From an uncultured Spirochaetota bacterium (lineage in GTDB: Bacteria > Spirochaetota > UBA4802 > UBA5550), in NCBI GenBank assembly GCA_963827275.1, contig CAWHAA010000001.1:128001-192000 (forward strand): a stretch of DNA of 64,000 bases, in the 5' to 3' direction. The notes below the pieces were generated by a model that was not told the origin of the DNA, made no database searches, and saw nothing but the letters and a program-made list of their open reading frames with translations. The position numbers were made by a program, and so were the translations under genes. Positions 18,758 through 29,030 of this stretch are shown one piece after another; position 1 is the stretch's first letter, and each line of letters opens with the position of its first letter.

Positions 18758-18959
18758 CCGATAACTATCGGCAATATATTGCTCTGGCACCGGGTTTTTA
18801 CCGATAACTATCGGACAAGTGTTGCTCTGACACCGGGTTTTACCGATAACTATCGTACAAAAGTTGCTCTGGCACCGGGTTTTACCGATAACTATCGGAC
18901 AAAAGTTACTCTGACACCTGGTTTTACCGATAACTATCGGACAAAAGTTGCTCTGACAC
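18757..18959. repeat. Tandem array of five ~42-bp units, each with the palindrome CCGATAACTATCGG plus TTRCTCTGRCAC
   Basis: Cores start at 18758, 18801, 18843, 18885 and 18927 (periods 43, 42, 42, 42). Confidence 0.97.
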
Positions 18960-18966
18960 TATAATT

Positions 18967-19623
18967 ATGAACAAGCTGGAACAGCAGATAATCAACGCGG
19001 CCACAACCTTCGCGAAAGAACGGATGACCCGGCTCCATTCAAGCCACGGGTGGGACCACGTGGAGCGCGTCACTGCCCTGGCGGACAAAATAGCTGATTC
19101 CGAGAAAAATGCCGACCGTTTCATTATACGCGTATCGGCAATCCTGCATGACATAGCCCGCATCGACGAGGTCGGCAGCTCGGGCATACAGTGCCACGCG
19201 GAACGGGGTAGCGGGATCGCGTATGATTTCCTGGTTGATAGCGGCCTCGACAGGGTGCGTGCCGACCATGTACGCCGCTGCATCCTCTCGCACCGCTACC
19301 GGAACGACCATGTCCCGGATACAATTGAAGCGATGATCCTCTATGACGCCGACAAGCTCGATTCTATCGGTGCGGTGGGTATCGGCAGGGCGTTCCTGTT
19401 TTCGGGTGAAGTGGGAGCCCGGCTCCACAATCCCGACATCGACGTGAACCTCACGGAGGCATACGGCAAAGAGGACACCGCCTACCGCGAATATATCGTG
19501 AAGCTGCGTCACATCCGGGACAAAATGCTTACGACCTGTGGCAAGCAGCTTGCGGACGAGCGCCACGACTTCATGGTTGAATTCTTCGATAAGCTCACGG
19601 AAGAAGTTAAAGGCCTTTCCTGA
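18967..19623 (+). CDS. HD-domain phosphohydrolase (YedJ-like)
   Basis: SHGWDHVERV, ILHDI, SHRY, YDADKLDSIGAVGIGR. Confidence 0.9.
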   Translation: MNKLEQQIINAATTFAKERMTRLHSSHGWDHVERVTALADKIADSEKNADRFIIRVSAILHDIARIDEVGSSGIQCHAERGSGIAYDFLVDSGLDRVRADHVRRCILSHRYRNDHVPDTIEAMILYDADKLDSIGAVGIGRAFLFSGEVGARLHNPDIDVNLTEAYGKEDTAYREYIVKLRHIRDKMLTTCGKQLADERHDFMVEFFDKLTEEVKGLS

Positions 19624-19656
19624 ACAGCGGTATGATCGCCGGGCCCAACCCGTGCA

Positions 19657-20601
19657 TTACATCATGCCAGACCGGCCATTGGACATCCTACAATAACTGC
19701 GGCGGGAGCGCCGGGCCATCTTTTTCCCGGCGCGGGATGCAGTGAGGCTGAATGAGTACACGACCAGCAGGTTAATCCCGCCATACATGTCATGACGGTC
19801 GTTAGCGACAAAACCTCCTTTATCGATATCCGTAATCCACAGGTAGCGGAACCGTCCACCCAGTGCAAAGGTCATATTAATCTGCCGTATATGATATGCC
19901 AGGGACAGGGCAAGGTCCAAACCTGCATAGAGAAGTGTCGTGCCGGTACCCATTACGGCCGTATTGATGATATCGCTTACAGGGTTTCTTCTCCCCGCCG
20001 TGAACCTGCTGAATTGAAAAACACATGATACGACGGGAAGAAGGCAGAGGGTCGATACAAGCGGGATGGTAAAACCGGCGCCGATCTCCGGTCCCGCAAA
20101 ATGATGGAATATACGGTGCGAATATGAATAGAAGAGCACACTCGCGTTTGTATACATGTAATAACCGCTGTAGGCGACGCCGCCGAAAATATTCACATAC
20201 TCGTTTACCCGCCCGGAAACCAGAAAGTCAACATCATGCCGTTTTGCCTCCCGCTTTGTCGTGACAGGTTGTTCGATATAATAATAAAGCGGATTTAGCA
20301 ACAGGCGTGTAACCGTCCCCCTGTACACACCGTACGTATATGAAGTAACAATGCCCCATGTTTCATTGATCCCGATGCTTAACAACGGGCCGCCTGAGAA
20401 ATCGGACTTGAGTTTGATGGGCGGGAGAACCAGGGTATCAGAAACCTGCGACCAGTAGGGCTCCCACCAGCAATACCGGACAGACCCGCCGATACCCATC
20501 TGCGCACCGTGGACGCTTCCGGCGGAGCACAGGAGGCAGAGCAGCACTATCGCGGTCCCGCCACGGGCCATTATCATGCGGCCGATCCTACCGGATTTCA
20601 T
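19657..20601 (-). CDS. Hypothetical outer-membrane beta-barrel-like protein
   Basis: Signal-peptide-like N-terminus and alternating G/aromatic strands; start uncertain. Confidence 0.55.
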   Translation of the reverse strand: MKSGRIGRMIMARGGTAIVLLCLLCSAGSVHGAQMGIGGSVRYCWWEPYWSQVSDTLVLPPIKLKSDFSGGPLLSIGINETWGIVTSYTYGVYRGTVTRLLLNPLYYYIEQPVTTKREAKRHDVDFLVSGRVNEYVNIFGGVAYSGYYMYTNASVLFYSYSHRIFHHFAGPEIGAGFTIPLVSTLCLLPVVSCVFQFSRFTAGRRNPVSDIINTAVMGTGTTLLYAGLDLALSLAYHIRQINMTFALGGRFRYLWITDIDKGGFVANDRHDMYGGINLLVVYSFSLTASRAGKKMARRSRRSYCRMSNGRSGMM

Positions 20602-20618
20602 GGTGCGGTATCTTCATA

Positions 20619-23177
20619 TCATGCCCAGGTAATAGACAGATCGGGGTCAAACTTTCGGGGCATGCAGGTATGGGACGGCAGCACCCTGACCGTGAAGCCG
20701 AAGCGTCCCGACTGCAGGCAGAGCATCTGTCCCTGGAACATGAGGGCCCCCTTGCTCCCCGGCCCGCTTTCACGCATCGGCAGGGCCACCCCTTCCACGA
20801 TCTCGCCGTTCTTGTCAAGGGCGCCGAAGTAAAGCTCCACGCGCACGTCTTTCGGTTCTACCGGCCCGAGGTCGATCTCGGCGCGCACCGTGACCTGCGA
20901 GTTCACCTTGATCTCATTCTCCTCGGCGATATCAACCTGCAAAATGCGTATTGAGTCCCAGTTTTTCGAAATGGCGGTTTTCCATGTGGAAAACTCCCTC
21001 ACCCGGCTGAAGTTGTCCTTCTGGAAATCAACGGAAAAGCGGTGCGCCGACTTGTAGAATTTTTCCGTGTAGTCCTTCACCATCCTGTTGGTGTTGTAAA
21101 TCGACGTGATGCTTTTCATCGATTCCCTCATGCGGATGAGCCATTCCCGGGGTAATCCGTCAAGGGTCCGGCCGTAAAATGCCGGCTTGACGTCCTTCTC
21201 CAGGATGTTGTAAAGGAACAGGCTTTCAACTTCATCCTGATATGCGAGGTCGCCGTACTCCTCGCCTTTCCCGATGGCCCATCCATTCGCCGTGTTGTAC
21301 GCCTCGTCCCACCAGCCGTCAAGCACGCTGATATTGATACCGCCGTTGGGCACCACCTTCATGCCGCTTGTTCCGGATGCCTCCTTCGGGCGGATGGGGG
21401 TGTTCAGCCACACATCCACGCCCTGGACCAGGTTGCGCGCCACATCAATATCATAATCCTCTATAAAGACCATCTTCCTCCTGAAGCGCTCATCCGAGCA
21501 CAGGTGGATTATCTGACGTATCAGCTCCTTCCCCATGTTGTCATGGGGATGGGCCTTGCCGGCGAATATGATCTGCATCGGCCGGTCCTTGTCATGCATG
21601 AGCTGCATGAGCTTTTCAATGCTCCGCAGAATGAGCGTCCCCCGCTTGTAGGTCGCGAAACGGCGCGCGAAGCCGATGGTAAGCGCGTCGGGATCGAGCA
21701 CGGAATTCGCTATCTCCGCTTCCTTCGGAGACACGCCGCGGTCAAGGAGCTGCTTCCTGAGGCGACGGCGGACAAACGACACCAGGCGCTCCCTGAGGTG
21801 CTCCCTGCACCGCCACAGCTCGGAATCGGGGATATTATCGACATTTTTCCAGATCGAGTTGTCCGCCGGATTGTCGATCCACCTCGGGCCGAGGTAGCGG
21901 TTCAGGAGCCGCATCATCTCATCGGAGGTCCATGAAAGGGTCTGGACACCGTTGGTGATATGGTCAATCGGCACCTCGTGTACCGGCAGCGACGGCCAGA
22001 TACTCTTCCACATGTTTCTGGAGACCCGTCCATGGAGCCGCGACACGCCATTGCACCCGGCCGCCAGCTTGAGGGCGAGCACGGTCATGCAGAATGATTC
22101 CTTCTTGTCGCCGGGGTCCTCACGGCCCAGCGCCAGGAACTGGTCCATCGTCAGCCCGATCTTCCCGGCGTATTCGCCGAAATACGCCCCGATCATTTCA
22201 GGTGCGAAGCGGTCATTCCCGGCTGGTACGGGGGTATGCGTGGTAAAGACGTTGCTTGCCGTGACAAAGGCGTTCGCTTCGTGGTATGAAAGCTTGTGCT
22301 CCTCCATCGCCATCCTGATTCGTTCAAGGGCGAGAAACGCCGCATGCCCTTCGTTCATGTGGTAAACGCTTGCGTGCTTCCCCATGGCCTTCAGCGCGCG
22401 CATCCCGCCGATGCCCAGGACGATCTCCTGGCGGATCCGCATCTCTGAATCGCCGCCGTATAGCTCGTCGGTTATGGCCCTGTCGATCGGCATGTTCCTG
22501 TCGATATTCGTGTCCAGCAGATACAGCAGGACCTTGCCGACCCGCACTTCCCAGATCTGGGCGTACACGGTCCGGCCCGGCAACTCCACTGAAACAAACA
22601 CTGCTTCGCCTTTTTCATCTTTCACCGGACGCGCCGGCATATTGTAGAAATCTATTTCCGGGAAGCTCTCCTGCTGCCACCCGTCCAGGTTCAGGTACTG
22701 GTGGAAATACCCGAGCCGGTAGAAAAGACCGACGCCGACCAGGGGAAGGCCGAGCTCGCTCGCCGACTTGAGATGATCGCCGGCAAGGACCCCGAGGCCG
22801 CCCGAATACATCGGCAGGCTTTCATGGATGCCGAACTCCGCGGAGAAATATGCGATTCCCGCCTCGCTGAAGTCCTTCCGGTGTTCGTCGTACCAGGTCT
22901 TCCGGGTCATGTGCCATTCAAGTTCGCGCTGCACTTTTTCCATGTGAGCGAGAAAGCTCTCCGAGGATGCGGACTCCTCGAGGAGCGCCTGCGAAATTGA
23001 CCCGAGCATTTTAACGGGATTGTGCTTCACCTCGCTCCAGAGGTCCACATCCAGCCTGCGGAAAAGCTCAATCGCCTCGACGTTCCAGACCCACCACATG
23101 TTGGACGCGATGGTGAGCAGCGGGGAAAGCTTGTCCGGCAGGTTCGGAACGACTTTAAACTTCTTGACAATGGCCAT
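20619..23177 (-). CDS. glgP: Alpha-glucan (glycogen) phosphorylase
   Basis: YSGGLGVLAGDHLK, HMNEGH, GFARRFATYKR, EASGTSGMK. Confidence 0.96.
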   Translation of the reverse strand: MAIVKKFKVVPNLPDKLSPLLTIASNMWWVWNVEAIELFRRLDVDLWSEVKHNPVKMLGSISQALLEESASSESFLAHMEKVQRELEWHMTRKTWYDEHRKDFSEAGIAYFSAEFGIHESLPMYSGGLGVLAGDHLKSASELGLPLVGVGLFYRLGYFHQYLNLDGWQQESFPEIDFYNMPARPVKDEKGEAVFVSVELPGRTVYAQIWEVRVGKVLLYLLDTNIDRNMPIDRAITDELYGGDSEMRIRQEIVLGIGGMRALKAMGKHASVYHMNEGHAAFLALERIRMAMEEHKLSYHEANAFVTASNVFTTHTPVPAGNDRFAPEMIGAYFGEYAGKIGLTMDQFLALGREDPGDKKESFCMTVLALKLAAGCNGVSRLHGRVSRNMWKSIWPSLPVHEVPIDHITNGVQTLSWTSDEMMRLLNRYLGPRWIDNPADNSIWKNVDNIPDSELWRCREHLRERLVSFVRRRLRKQLLDRGVSPKEAEIANSVLDPDALTIGFARRFATYKRGTLILRSIEKLMQLMHDKDRPMQIIFAGKAHPHDNMGKELIRQIIHLCSDERFRRKMVFIEDYDIDVARNLVQGVDVWLNTPIRPKEASGTSGMKVVPNGGINISVLDGWWDEAYNTANGWAIGKGEEYGDLAYQDEVESLFLYNILEKDVKPAFYGRTLDGLPREWLIRMRESMKSITSIYNTNRMVKDYTEKFYKSAHRFSVDFQKDNFSRVREFSTWKTAISKNWDSIRILQVDIAEENEIKVNSQVTVRAEIDLGPVEPKDVRVELYFGALDKNGEIVEGVALPMRESGPGSKGALMFQGQMLCLQSGRFGFTVRVLPSHTCMPRKFDPDLSITWA

Positions 23178-23222
23178 ACTACCCTCGAATGATTGGTGTT
23201 TTTAAAAAGGCGTGACCGGTGG

Positions 23223-24716
23223 TCAGCCCTGGTGCTGCTCCTGCGGTACCGGAAGGTACACGGAAAAAACCGATCCCTTTCCGATCGTCGATTTTACATC
23301 AATATACCCGTGGTGACGCTTGATGATCGCATAACTCGTGGCGAGGCCCATGCCGCTCGCCATCTCCTTGGTCGTAAAATAGGGGTCAAAAATGCTGTTA
23401 AAATTTTCAGGCGGGATGCCGCATCCCTCGTCGCTGACCGATATGCGCACATAGCGCCCGGGCTGCAGGGTTATTTCATGGTGCGACATCTCATGTTCAG
23501 CCACGATGTTTTCCGCATTTATCGTGATCGTCCCCGGTTTCGCCATGGATTCCACCGCGTTATCAATGATATAGCTGATAACCTGGCCGATCTGGAATTC
23601 ATCGATATCGGTGTCCCAGAGCCCCTCCTGTATGGTGAGCGTATACGTGCCGGCATAATCGATGAGCGCCGCATCGACAATGACCCTCAGGGGGTCTTCA
23701 TAATTGATTACTTTCCGCTCCGGCTTCCCGCCCCGGGCGAAAATGCTGAGTCGCCGGGTCAGGTCAACCGTCCGTAGTGAGGCTTCCTCCGCGTCATTCA
23801 ACACTTCCATCAGGCTTGTATTTTCGGGATCCGCTTCCATTTTCGCGAGGGATATATTCCCCAGAATGGCCGTCAGCGCGTTGTTGTAATCGTGCGCGAT
23901 GCCGCCGGAAAGTATCCCGATGGCCTCAAGCTTGCGTGCGCGCTGGAGCTCCTTTTCCATTCTGTTCTTTTCCGATACATCCCGGATTATCCCGCGGAAG
24001 GCCCTGATGCTGCCGTCAGCCCCCCGTACCGGGGATATCGAGCACTCAACGAATTTTTTTCTGCCGTGCTTGGTGATGGCGATGAAGTTGACGAAGCGGT
24101 TCGGCTTCCCGGTGACATACACTTCGTGATATATGTCGTAGATCCTTTTCTGGTCATCCGGGGTATATAATTTTTTGTAGCTCAATCCGATAAACTCATG
24201 GTAGTCATACTCGGTGATGAGGCACATCGCGCGATTGGCATGGATAAAACGCCCCTGGATATCGCACTCATAAAAACCGTCTTCGAGGCCGTCCACGATG
24301 TCATGCCACTGCTCTTCGCTCCGCTCCTTTGAATAACGCGAGATGTCATGCGTCACGATCACCGCGACAGACCCGTCGCCCGATGATTGTTCCATTATTG
24401 TCAGCAGTATCCCGAGAGATCGAACAAAGCCGGTAGGTGTCGTGACGGTTATATCCCTGCGCTGGACTCCCCTGTCCCTGAAGGAAGCCGAGAGGATATC
24501 CCCGAGCGCCGGCGACAGTTCGTTTATCGTGCGGTCGGGAGCGCCCGGTTTTTCATCAACGCCAAAATGAGCAAGAAAGACGCTGTTTGCATACTGCACG
24601 CGGCCATCAAGTCCGCAGATGCATACGCCGATCCCCTCCCTCTCCATCGCATCCAGAGTAATTTTCGCAACATCGTCACGCCGCATGACACCTGCCATCC
24701 GAACTCTCCTCCCCAC
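23223..24716 (-). CDS. PAS-domain sensor histidine kinase
   Basis: Two PAS domains, GIAHDYNN H-box, DEGCG, FDPYFTTK, GMGL; no receiver domain. Confidence 0.92.
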   Translation of the reverse strand: MGRRVRMAGVMRRDDVAKITLDAMEREGIGVCICGLDGRVQYANSVFLAHFGVDEKPGAPDRTINELSPALGDILSASFRDRGVQRRDITVTTPTGFVRSLGILLTIMEQSSGDGSVAVIVTHDISRYSKERSEEQWHDIVDGLEDGFYECDIQGRFIHANRAMCLITEYDYHEFIGLSYKKLYTPDDQKRIYDIYHEVYVTGKPNRFVNFIAITKHGRKKFVECSISPVRGADGSIRAFRGIIRDVSEKNRMEKELQRARKLEAIGILSGGIAHDYNNALTAILGNISLAKMEADPENTSLMEVLNDAEEASLRTVDLTRRLSIFARGGKPERKVINYEDPLRVIVDAALIDYAGTYTLTIQEGLWDTDIDEFQIGQVISYIIDNAVESMAKPGTITINAENIVAEHEMSHHEITLQPGRYVRISVSDEGCGIPPENFNSIFDPYFTTKEMASGMGLATSYAIIKRHHGYIDVKSTIGKGSVFSVYLPVPQEQHQG

Positions 24717-26246
24717 CTATAGTACTTCAAAACCAATGAGGACAATATCATCCTCAGCCGGAAGGCCTTCACGAAAATGACCCGCTTCCGCAAGAATATA
24801 ATCAAGCGACTCACCCAGGCCCATTGCGCCACCGCGCCTGACTATATCAAGGAGCCCCTCCGTCTCCAGCATGTCCTTGTTGGCATTGCGCGCCTCGGTA
24901 ATGCCGTCCGTGTACAGATAAATCCGGTCACCCTGCGCGAGTTTTGCAGCCATCTCCTGGAACCGGACATTCATTGAGATACCCACCGGCATCCCGCCCG
25001 AATGGAGCCCGAGCGCTGTTTTCTCTCCGCTGCGGTAGAGCACCGGCGGGGTATGCCCCCCCTTTGCGAACCTGAACATGACACCGTCAGCTGAAAAATC
25101 GAAGAACCCGTACAGCGCCGTAAAAAACGGCAGGGACATCGTCTCAAACAGGATATGGTTCAATTCATCCAGGTATTCGGACGGCATGGTGCCTTTCCTC
25201 GCGTTGAGGCGCTCTGACATCGAACGCACCAGGGCAAGAAAGAGGGCCGCCGATACCCCGTGGCCCGCGACATCTCCAATGAAAACCCCCAGGCCGGGTT
25301 CATGTAAAGTATTAAATGAAAAATAATCGCCCCCGATAGTCTCCATGGGAAGATAGCGGAAATCAACACGAAGGCGGTCCGATTGCGGCGACGCCCCCGG
25401 GAGCAGGCGCTCCACGGCCATCTGCGCGTTTCTCAGGTCACGCTCGATCTGGTTATTTTTTTTCCTGAGATTCTCTTCGCTGGCCAGCAGTTCAATCTCG
25501 GCCTTTTTCCTGGCGGTCACGTCCTCTTTCACCGCGACATAGTGGGTGACCTCTCCTTCATTGCCCATGACGGGCGATATTGAGGCCGCCTCCCAGTACG
25601 GCTCGCCGTTCTTTTTGAGGTTATGAAATTCACCGCGCCATTCCCTGCCCGAACTGATCGCCTGCCAGAGCTCGTCATAAAATTCGGACGATTGCATGCC
25701 CGATTTCAAGATACGCGGGTTGTGGCCCAGGACGTCGTTTAAACTGTAGCCGGTAAGTTGAGAAAATTTTTTATTAACATACTGTATCGCGCCGGACTTA
25801 TCGGTAATCATGACGGTGGACGGGCTCTGTTCGACCGCGAGGGCGAACAGGGCCATTTTTTCCTCGACCTCGGGGTCGATCGCATCTTTTCTCGCGATGA
25901 TGCCGATAAAGCGGGACGTCCCCTGACCGGGCCGGGCCCGGCATGCGATGGTGCACTTGACGGTCCCTGATTCCGCATGGACAATCAATGCATCACGGAC
26001 AACCGGCGTCTGGTTCTTTTCGTTTACCAGATCCTTGAATACGCGGGGGTTTCCTTCGAATAAAATGACGCTCAACGGCTTTTTCAACAGGCTGTCCGGC
26101 CCGCGTCCCGTGATCCTCTCAACCGCAGGGCTGACATAGAGGAAGTTGCCAGCGCCATCGAGTGAAAAAACAGCGGTATCTATCCGTTCGAACAGCGATA
26201 CGAATAATTCATCGATCGTTTCCGGATTCATGCGTGTGGTCACCAT
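24717..26246 (-). CDS. PAS-domain PP2C/SpoIIE (RsbU-like) phosphatase
   Basis: PAS/PAC domains, IGGDYF, GDVAGHGVSAAL, YTDGITEA, EDDI; start uncertain. Confidence 0.9.
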   Translation of the reverse strand: MVTTRMNPETIDELFVSLFERIDTAVFSLDGAGNFLYVSPAVERITGRGPDSLLKKPLSVILFEGNPRVFKDLVNEKNQTPVVRDALIVHAESGTVKCTIACRARPGQGTSRFIGIIARKDAIDPEVEEKMALFALAVEQSPSTVMITDKSGAIQYVNKKFSQLTGYSLNDVLGHNPRILKSGMQSSEFYDELWQAISSGREWRGEFHNLKKNGEPYWEAASISPVMGNEGEVTHYVAVKEDVTARKKAEIELLASEENLRKKNNQIERDLRNAQMAVERLLPGASPQSDRLRVDFRYLPMETIGGDYFSFNTLHEPGLGVFIGDVAGHGVSAALFLALVRSMSERLNARKGTMPSEYLDELNHILFETMSLPFFTALYGFFDFSADGVMFRFAKGGHTPPVLYRSGEKTALGLHSGGMPVGISMNVRFQEMAAKLAQGDRIYLYTDGITEARNANKDMLETEGLLDIVRRGGAMGLGESLDYILAEAGHFREGLPAEDDIVLIGFEVL

Positions 26247-26335
26247 ACCTATAACGTACCATACCGGGTGTACCGTGACAATAAAAAAATTACTGCGATC
26301 AATTTTCGCGATTTTTGGAGGGGAATCGTTCCGGG

Positions 26336-27205
26336 CTATTCTCCCGGGACAGCTATGCGAAATCCATAATAGGGGCTCCGCGCGGTAGGACACTTCCTGA
26401 GCCTGAATTCCCTGCACCTCTGCACGGGATGGCTCATGAGAGACCCGCCGCGCAGCACTTTATAAACCCTGCCGAAATCCCTGTGGTCCGGTCCGCCGGG
26501 ATACCGGTCGTACCAGTCTTCGGTCCATTCCCAGACTATCCCGACAGAGCAGGGAAAACCTCCGCGCAGCGCGTCGCTGACAGCCTTTTCATACTCTGCC
26601 TGCCCGTACCGGCGCGGGCTGCCTCCCGTGCACTCCCTTACCCCGGCAACACCGCACCTTCGGGCGAATACTTCCCATTCCGCTTCGCGCGGGAGCCGTA
26701 CTGTTTTCCCTGATTCTGCTGAAAACCATGCGCAGTAGGCGACCGCGTCATTCCAGGTGACCTGCATGACCGGCACCGTGTCGCCGCACCGGCCCCATGC
26801 TTCTTCGCCAGGCCCGAATGGCCGCTTCCAGTCAACACCCGCCCGCTTGTGCCACCGCCCATCAGAAAGGACCCATCCCCAGCCGTCGCGCTCTGCCTCG
26901 GTACAGTATCCCGTGTCCGCGACAAACCTGGAATACTCGGCACATGAAGTAAGGAATTTCCTGATCATGACCGGACCGGCATGGACGGAATGTTCAGGGA
27001 CCGCTCCCGCAAGGAAATCTTTTTTGATGCGGTCGTCCCGTACCGCGGCATATGCGGGGCCGAGGTCATCCCCGGACAAACCGACCGGGTATTCTCCCCC
27101 GGGTATCACTATGAATTCATCATTGTTCAGTATCATGGCAGCGGATGCTTCGTGATGAATAAGAACGGCCTGGCGGCGTGTACGATCCGGCCGCCGGAGT
27201 GTCAA
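26336..27205 (-). CDS. FGE-sulfatase (SUMF1/EgtB-like) domain protein
   Basis: PVMQVTWNDAVAYC, RLPREAEWE, VWEWT, VLRGGS, GFR; alternative start 27136. Confidence 0.85.
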   Translation of the reverse strand: MTLRRPDRTRRQAVLIHHEASAAMILNNDEFIVIPGGEYPVGLSGDDLGPAYAAVRDDRIKKDFLAGAVPEHSVHAGPVMIRKFLTSCAEYSRFVADTGYCTEAERDGWGWVLSDGRWHKRAGVDWKRPFGPGEEAWGRCGDTVPVMQVTWNDAVAYCAWFSAESGKTVRLPREAEWEVFARRCGVAGVRECTGGSPRRYGQAEYEKAVSDALRGGFPCSVGIVWEWTEDWYDRYPGGPDHRDFGRVYKVLRGGSLMSHPVQRCREFRLRKCPTARSPYYGFRIAVPGE

Positions 27206-29028
27206 TTTACCGCATCCACCAGGCTGTATGCATCACTCCCGTCAGCCGGGTATTCAGCGGTTAAAAACGTGATGAGCAGTTGCGCATCCCTGGTGCCGAA
27301 CGAGCGGGTCAGCTCGTTGCAGATCGTATTCGCCAGCGGTACCGCGTATTTCTTGTCCTTGCCCGGAAGAACGACCAGGATCTTGTGCCGGTCATACCGT
27401 ACAGAAAAATCCTTATCGCCGAGCCGGGACCGTATGAATTTTTCAAAATGATTGAACATGCCTTTGACTTTTTCATGGCCGAACAGTGTGTGAAACCGCT
27501 TGTAATTCTTGACCGACAGGAGCACCAGTGAGACGGGTATATTTAAATCGCGCGCATTCTTGATCTCATCGTTAACACGGTTGAAAATCCCCTCGATAGT
27601 ATCGATATAGCTGCCGCGTTCGTATTCCATCTCCCTGACAATCGCAACATATGGGAAGATAAAATCCGTAAATTTGATCAACCGCGCGTGCACGGTGTCA
27701 AGATGGGCGGACTCATCGATATCAAAGATCATGATGAAGCCAAGCATGTCCCCGCCGAGCTTGAAGGTAAACAGGTCAAGCACCGCCATGTTTTTAAGCT
27801 GGGAGCCGGTAAAAATCTCGACCAGTGACTTGGAGCGGCTGACATCGTTGAACATGATGGGGCTTTCCGCATGCGCTATCTCCTGCACCAGGGCGCTCCC
27901 GGAGGCGATGCGAAAATTCATCTCTTCCAGCCGGAGCCGGTCCTCGGCTTCAGTGGCGAATATGATGAAGTCCCTGCTGCTGTCGTCCCTGACAAAAATG
28001 CCGTAGCTCATGATCCCGAGGTTGCGCAGCTCTTCCCTTATAATTTCGCGAGTCCTGCCGACCCCGCTCTCCGCCACGATCTTTCCGCGTATCCCGTCAA
28101 CGGCGGCGTAATGCGCACCCGGTCCGCTGCCGGTGTCATTCAATTCCTTGAACTTGATGGCGCGGTACGCGAACGCCGAGTATTCGGCGATGACCGTGAA
28201 GAACCCCTTTTCCTCGCCGGTGTAATCGCCTGACGACAGCTTGTTTCCCAGGATAATTGCGCCTATGACGGTGTCATTATGGATGACCGGCACAAGGAGC
28301 CGCGTATCGATGGAGATATAGGAATAATAATCCTCGCTGAATGCCGTGTTGTCCTTGTATTCTTCAATGTCGATGATCTCTTTCCGGGCCAGCAGCTCCT
28401 TCAGAATACCGGCCGTTGCCCGCAGCTCAACTTCCTCCCTGTTGATGGTCACGCCCCTTGACTCGACGATCTCCCATTCATCAGGATCAAGCCTTCCCGG
28501 TACCATGACCGAGGATGATGAAACACCGACCTGCCCCATTATCGAGAACAGTATGACATCAAACAGCTCCTCGGCGGAGTCGGCGCCCAGGATGTCCTTG
28601 CTCAGCGCGTACAGCGCCATGTTGTCAAGGAGTGCGCCGCTGTCGTCATATCCCTGGCTGGCGGCGGCCCGCCCCCCGATTTTTTCCGTATAGGCGTTAT
28701 CACCTGACGGTTCCGGCGTGAGCTTCGGCCTGGTGACGGAAGACCCGTCCTGTTCGATTCCCTGATCCCCCCGCCGCATATTATTCTTCCCACGCTCATC
28801 ATCAGCCAGGGACGCATCTTCCGCCGCCGCGTCGTCAACCGCAACGAGGTCGGATTCATGCAAATAAAGGATGTCGGCGTCCGCGGGATTCGCAGACACG
28901 CCGTTGTCATCAAGCTCCCTCAACGGCATCGCCGTATCGGCCGGACCGGCAATCCTGTCCATGATGGACTTTTTGCCGATGTCGTTGATCCTGTGCTTAT
29001 AATTCAAGGCCTTTTCCATTAATCCCAT
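27202..29028 (-). CDS. GAF-domain protein with a degenerate GGDEF-like C-terminus
   Basis: GAF-like 'LLVPVIHNDTVIGAIILGNK'; cyclase-like C-terminus with RYDRHKI in place of RYGGDEF. Confidence 0.7.
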   Translation of the reverse strand: MGLMEKALNYKHRINDIGKKSIMDRIAGPADTAMPLRELDDNGVSANPADADILYLHESDLVAVDDAAAEDASLADDERGKNNMRRGDQGIEQDGSSVTRPKLTPEPSGDNAYTEKIGGRAAASQGYDDSGALLDNMALYALSKDILGADSAEELFDVILFSIMGQVGVSSSSVMVPGRLDPDEWEIVESRGVTINREEVELRATAGILKELLARKEIIDIEEYKDNTAFSEDYYSYISIDTRLLVPVIHNDTVIGAIILGNKLSSGDYTGEEKGFFTVIAEYSAFAYRAIKFKELNDTGSGPGAHYAAVDGIRGKIVAESGVGRTREIIREELRNLGIMSYGIFVRDDSSRDFIIFATEAEDRLRLEEMNFRIASGSALVQEIAHAESPIMFNDVSRSKSLVEIFTGSQLKNMAVLDLFTFKLGGDMLGFIMIFDIDESAHLDTVHARLIKFTDFIFPYVAIVREMEYERGSYIDTIEGIFNRVNDEIKNARDLNIPVSLVLLSVKNYKRFHTLFGHEKVKGMFNHFEKFIRSRLGDKDFSVRYDRHKILVVLPGKDKKYAVPLANTICNELTRSFGTRDAQLLITFLTAEYPADGSDAYSLVDAVN

Positions 29029-29030
29029 GG

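Noticed and set aside
18757..18940. Repeat cores as functional sigma-28 promoters
   Set aside because: They match the -10 box but have no TAAA at the 15-nt spacing on either strand.
18757..18959. CRISPR array
   Set aside because: The sequences between the palindromes are near-identical, not unique spacers; the core is only 14-16 nt; no cas genes are in the window.
18779..18964. 61-aa repeat protein ORF
   Set aside because: TTG start with no RBS; the open frame follows from the 42-bp period. Not listed as a CDS.
26336..26470. Diversity-generating retroelement target (C-type lectin/FGE C-terminus)
   Set aside because: No template repeat, reverse transcriptase or avd gene seen in the window.
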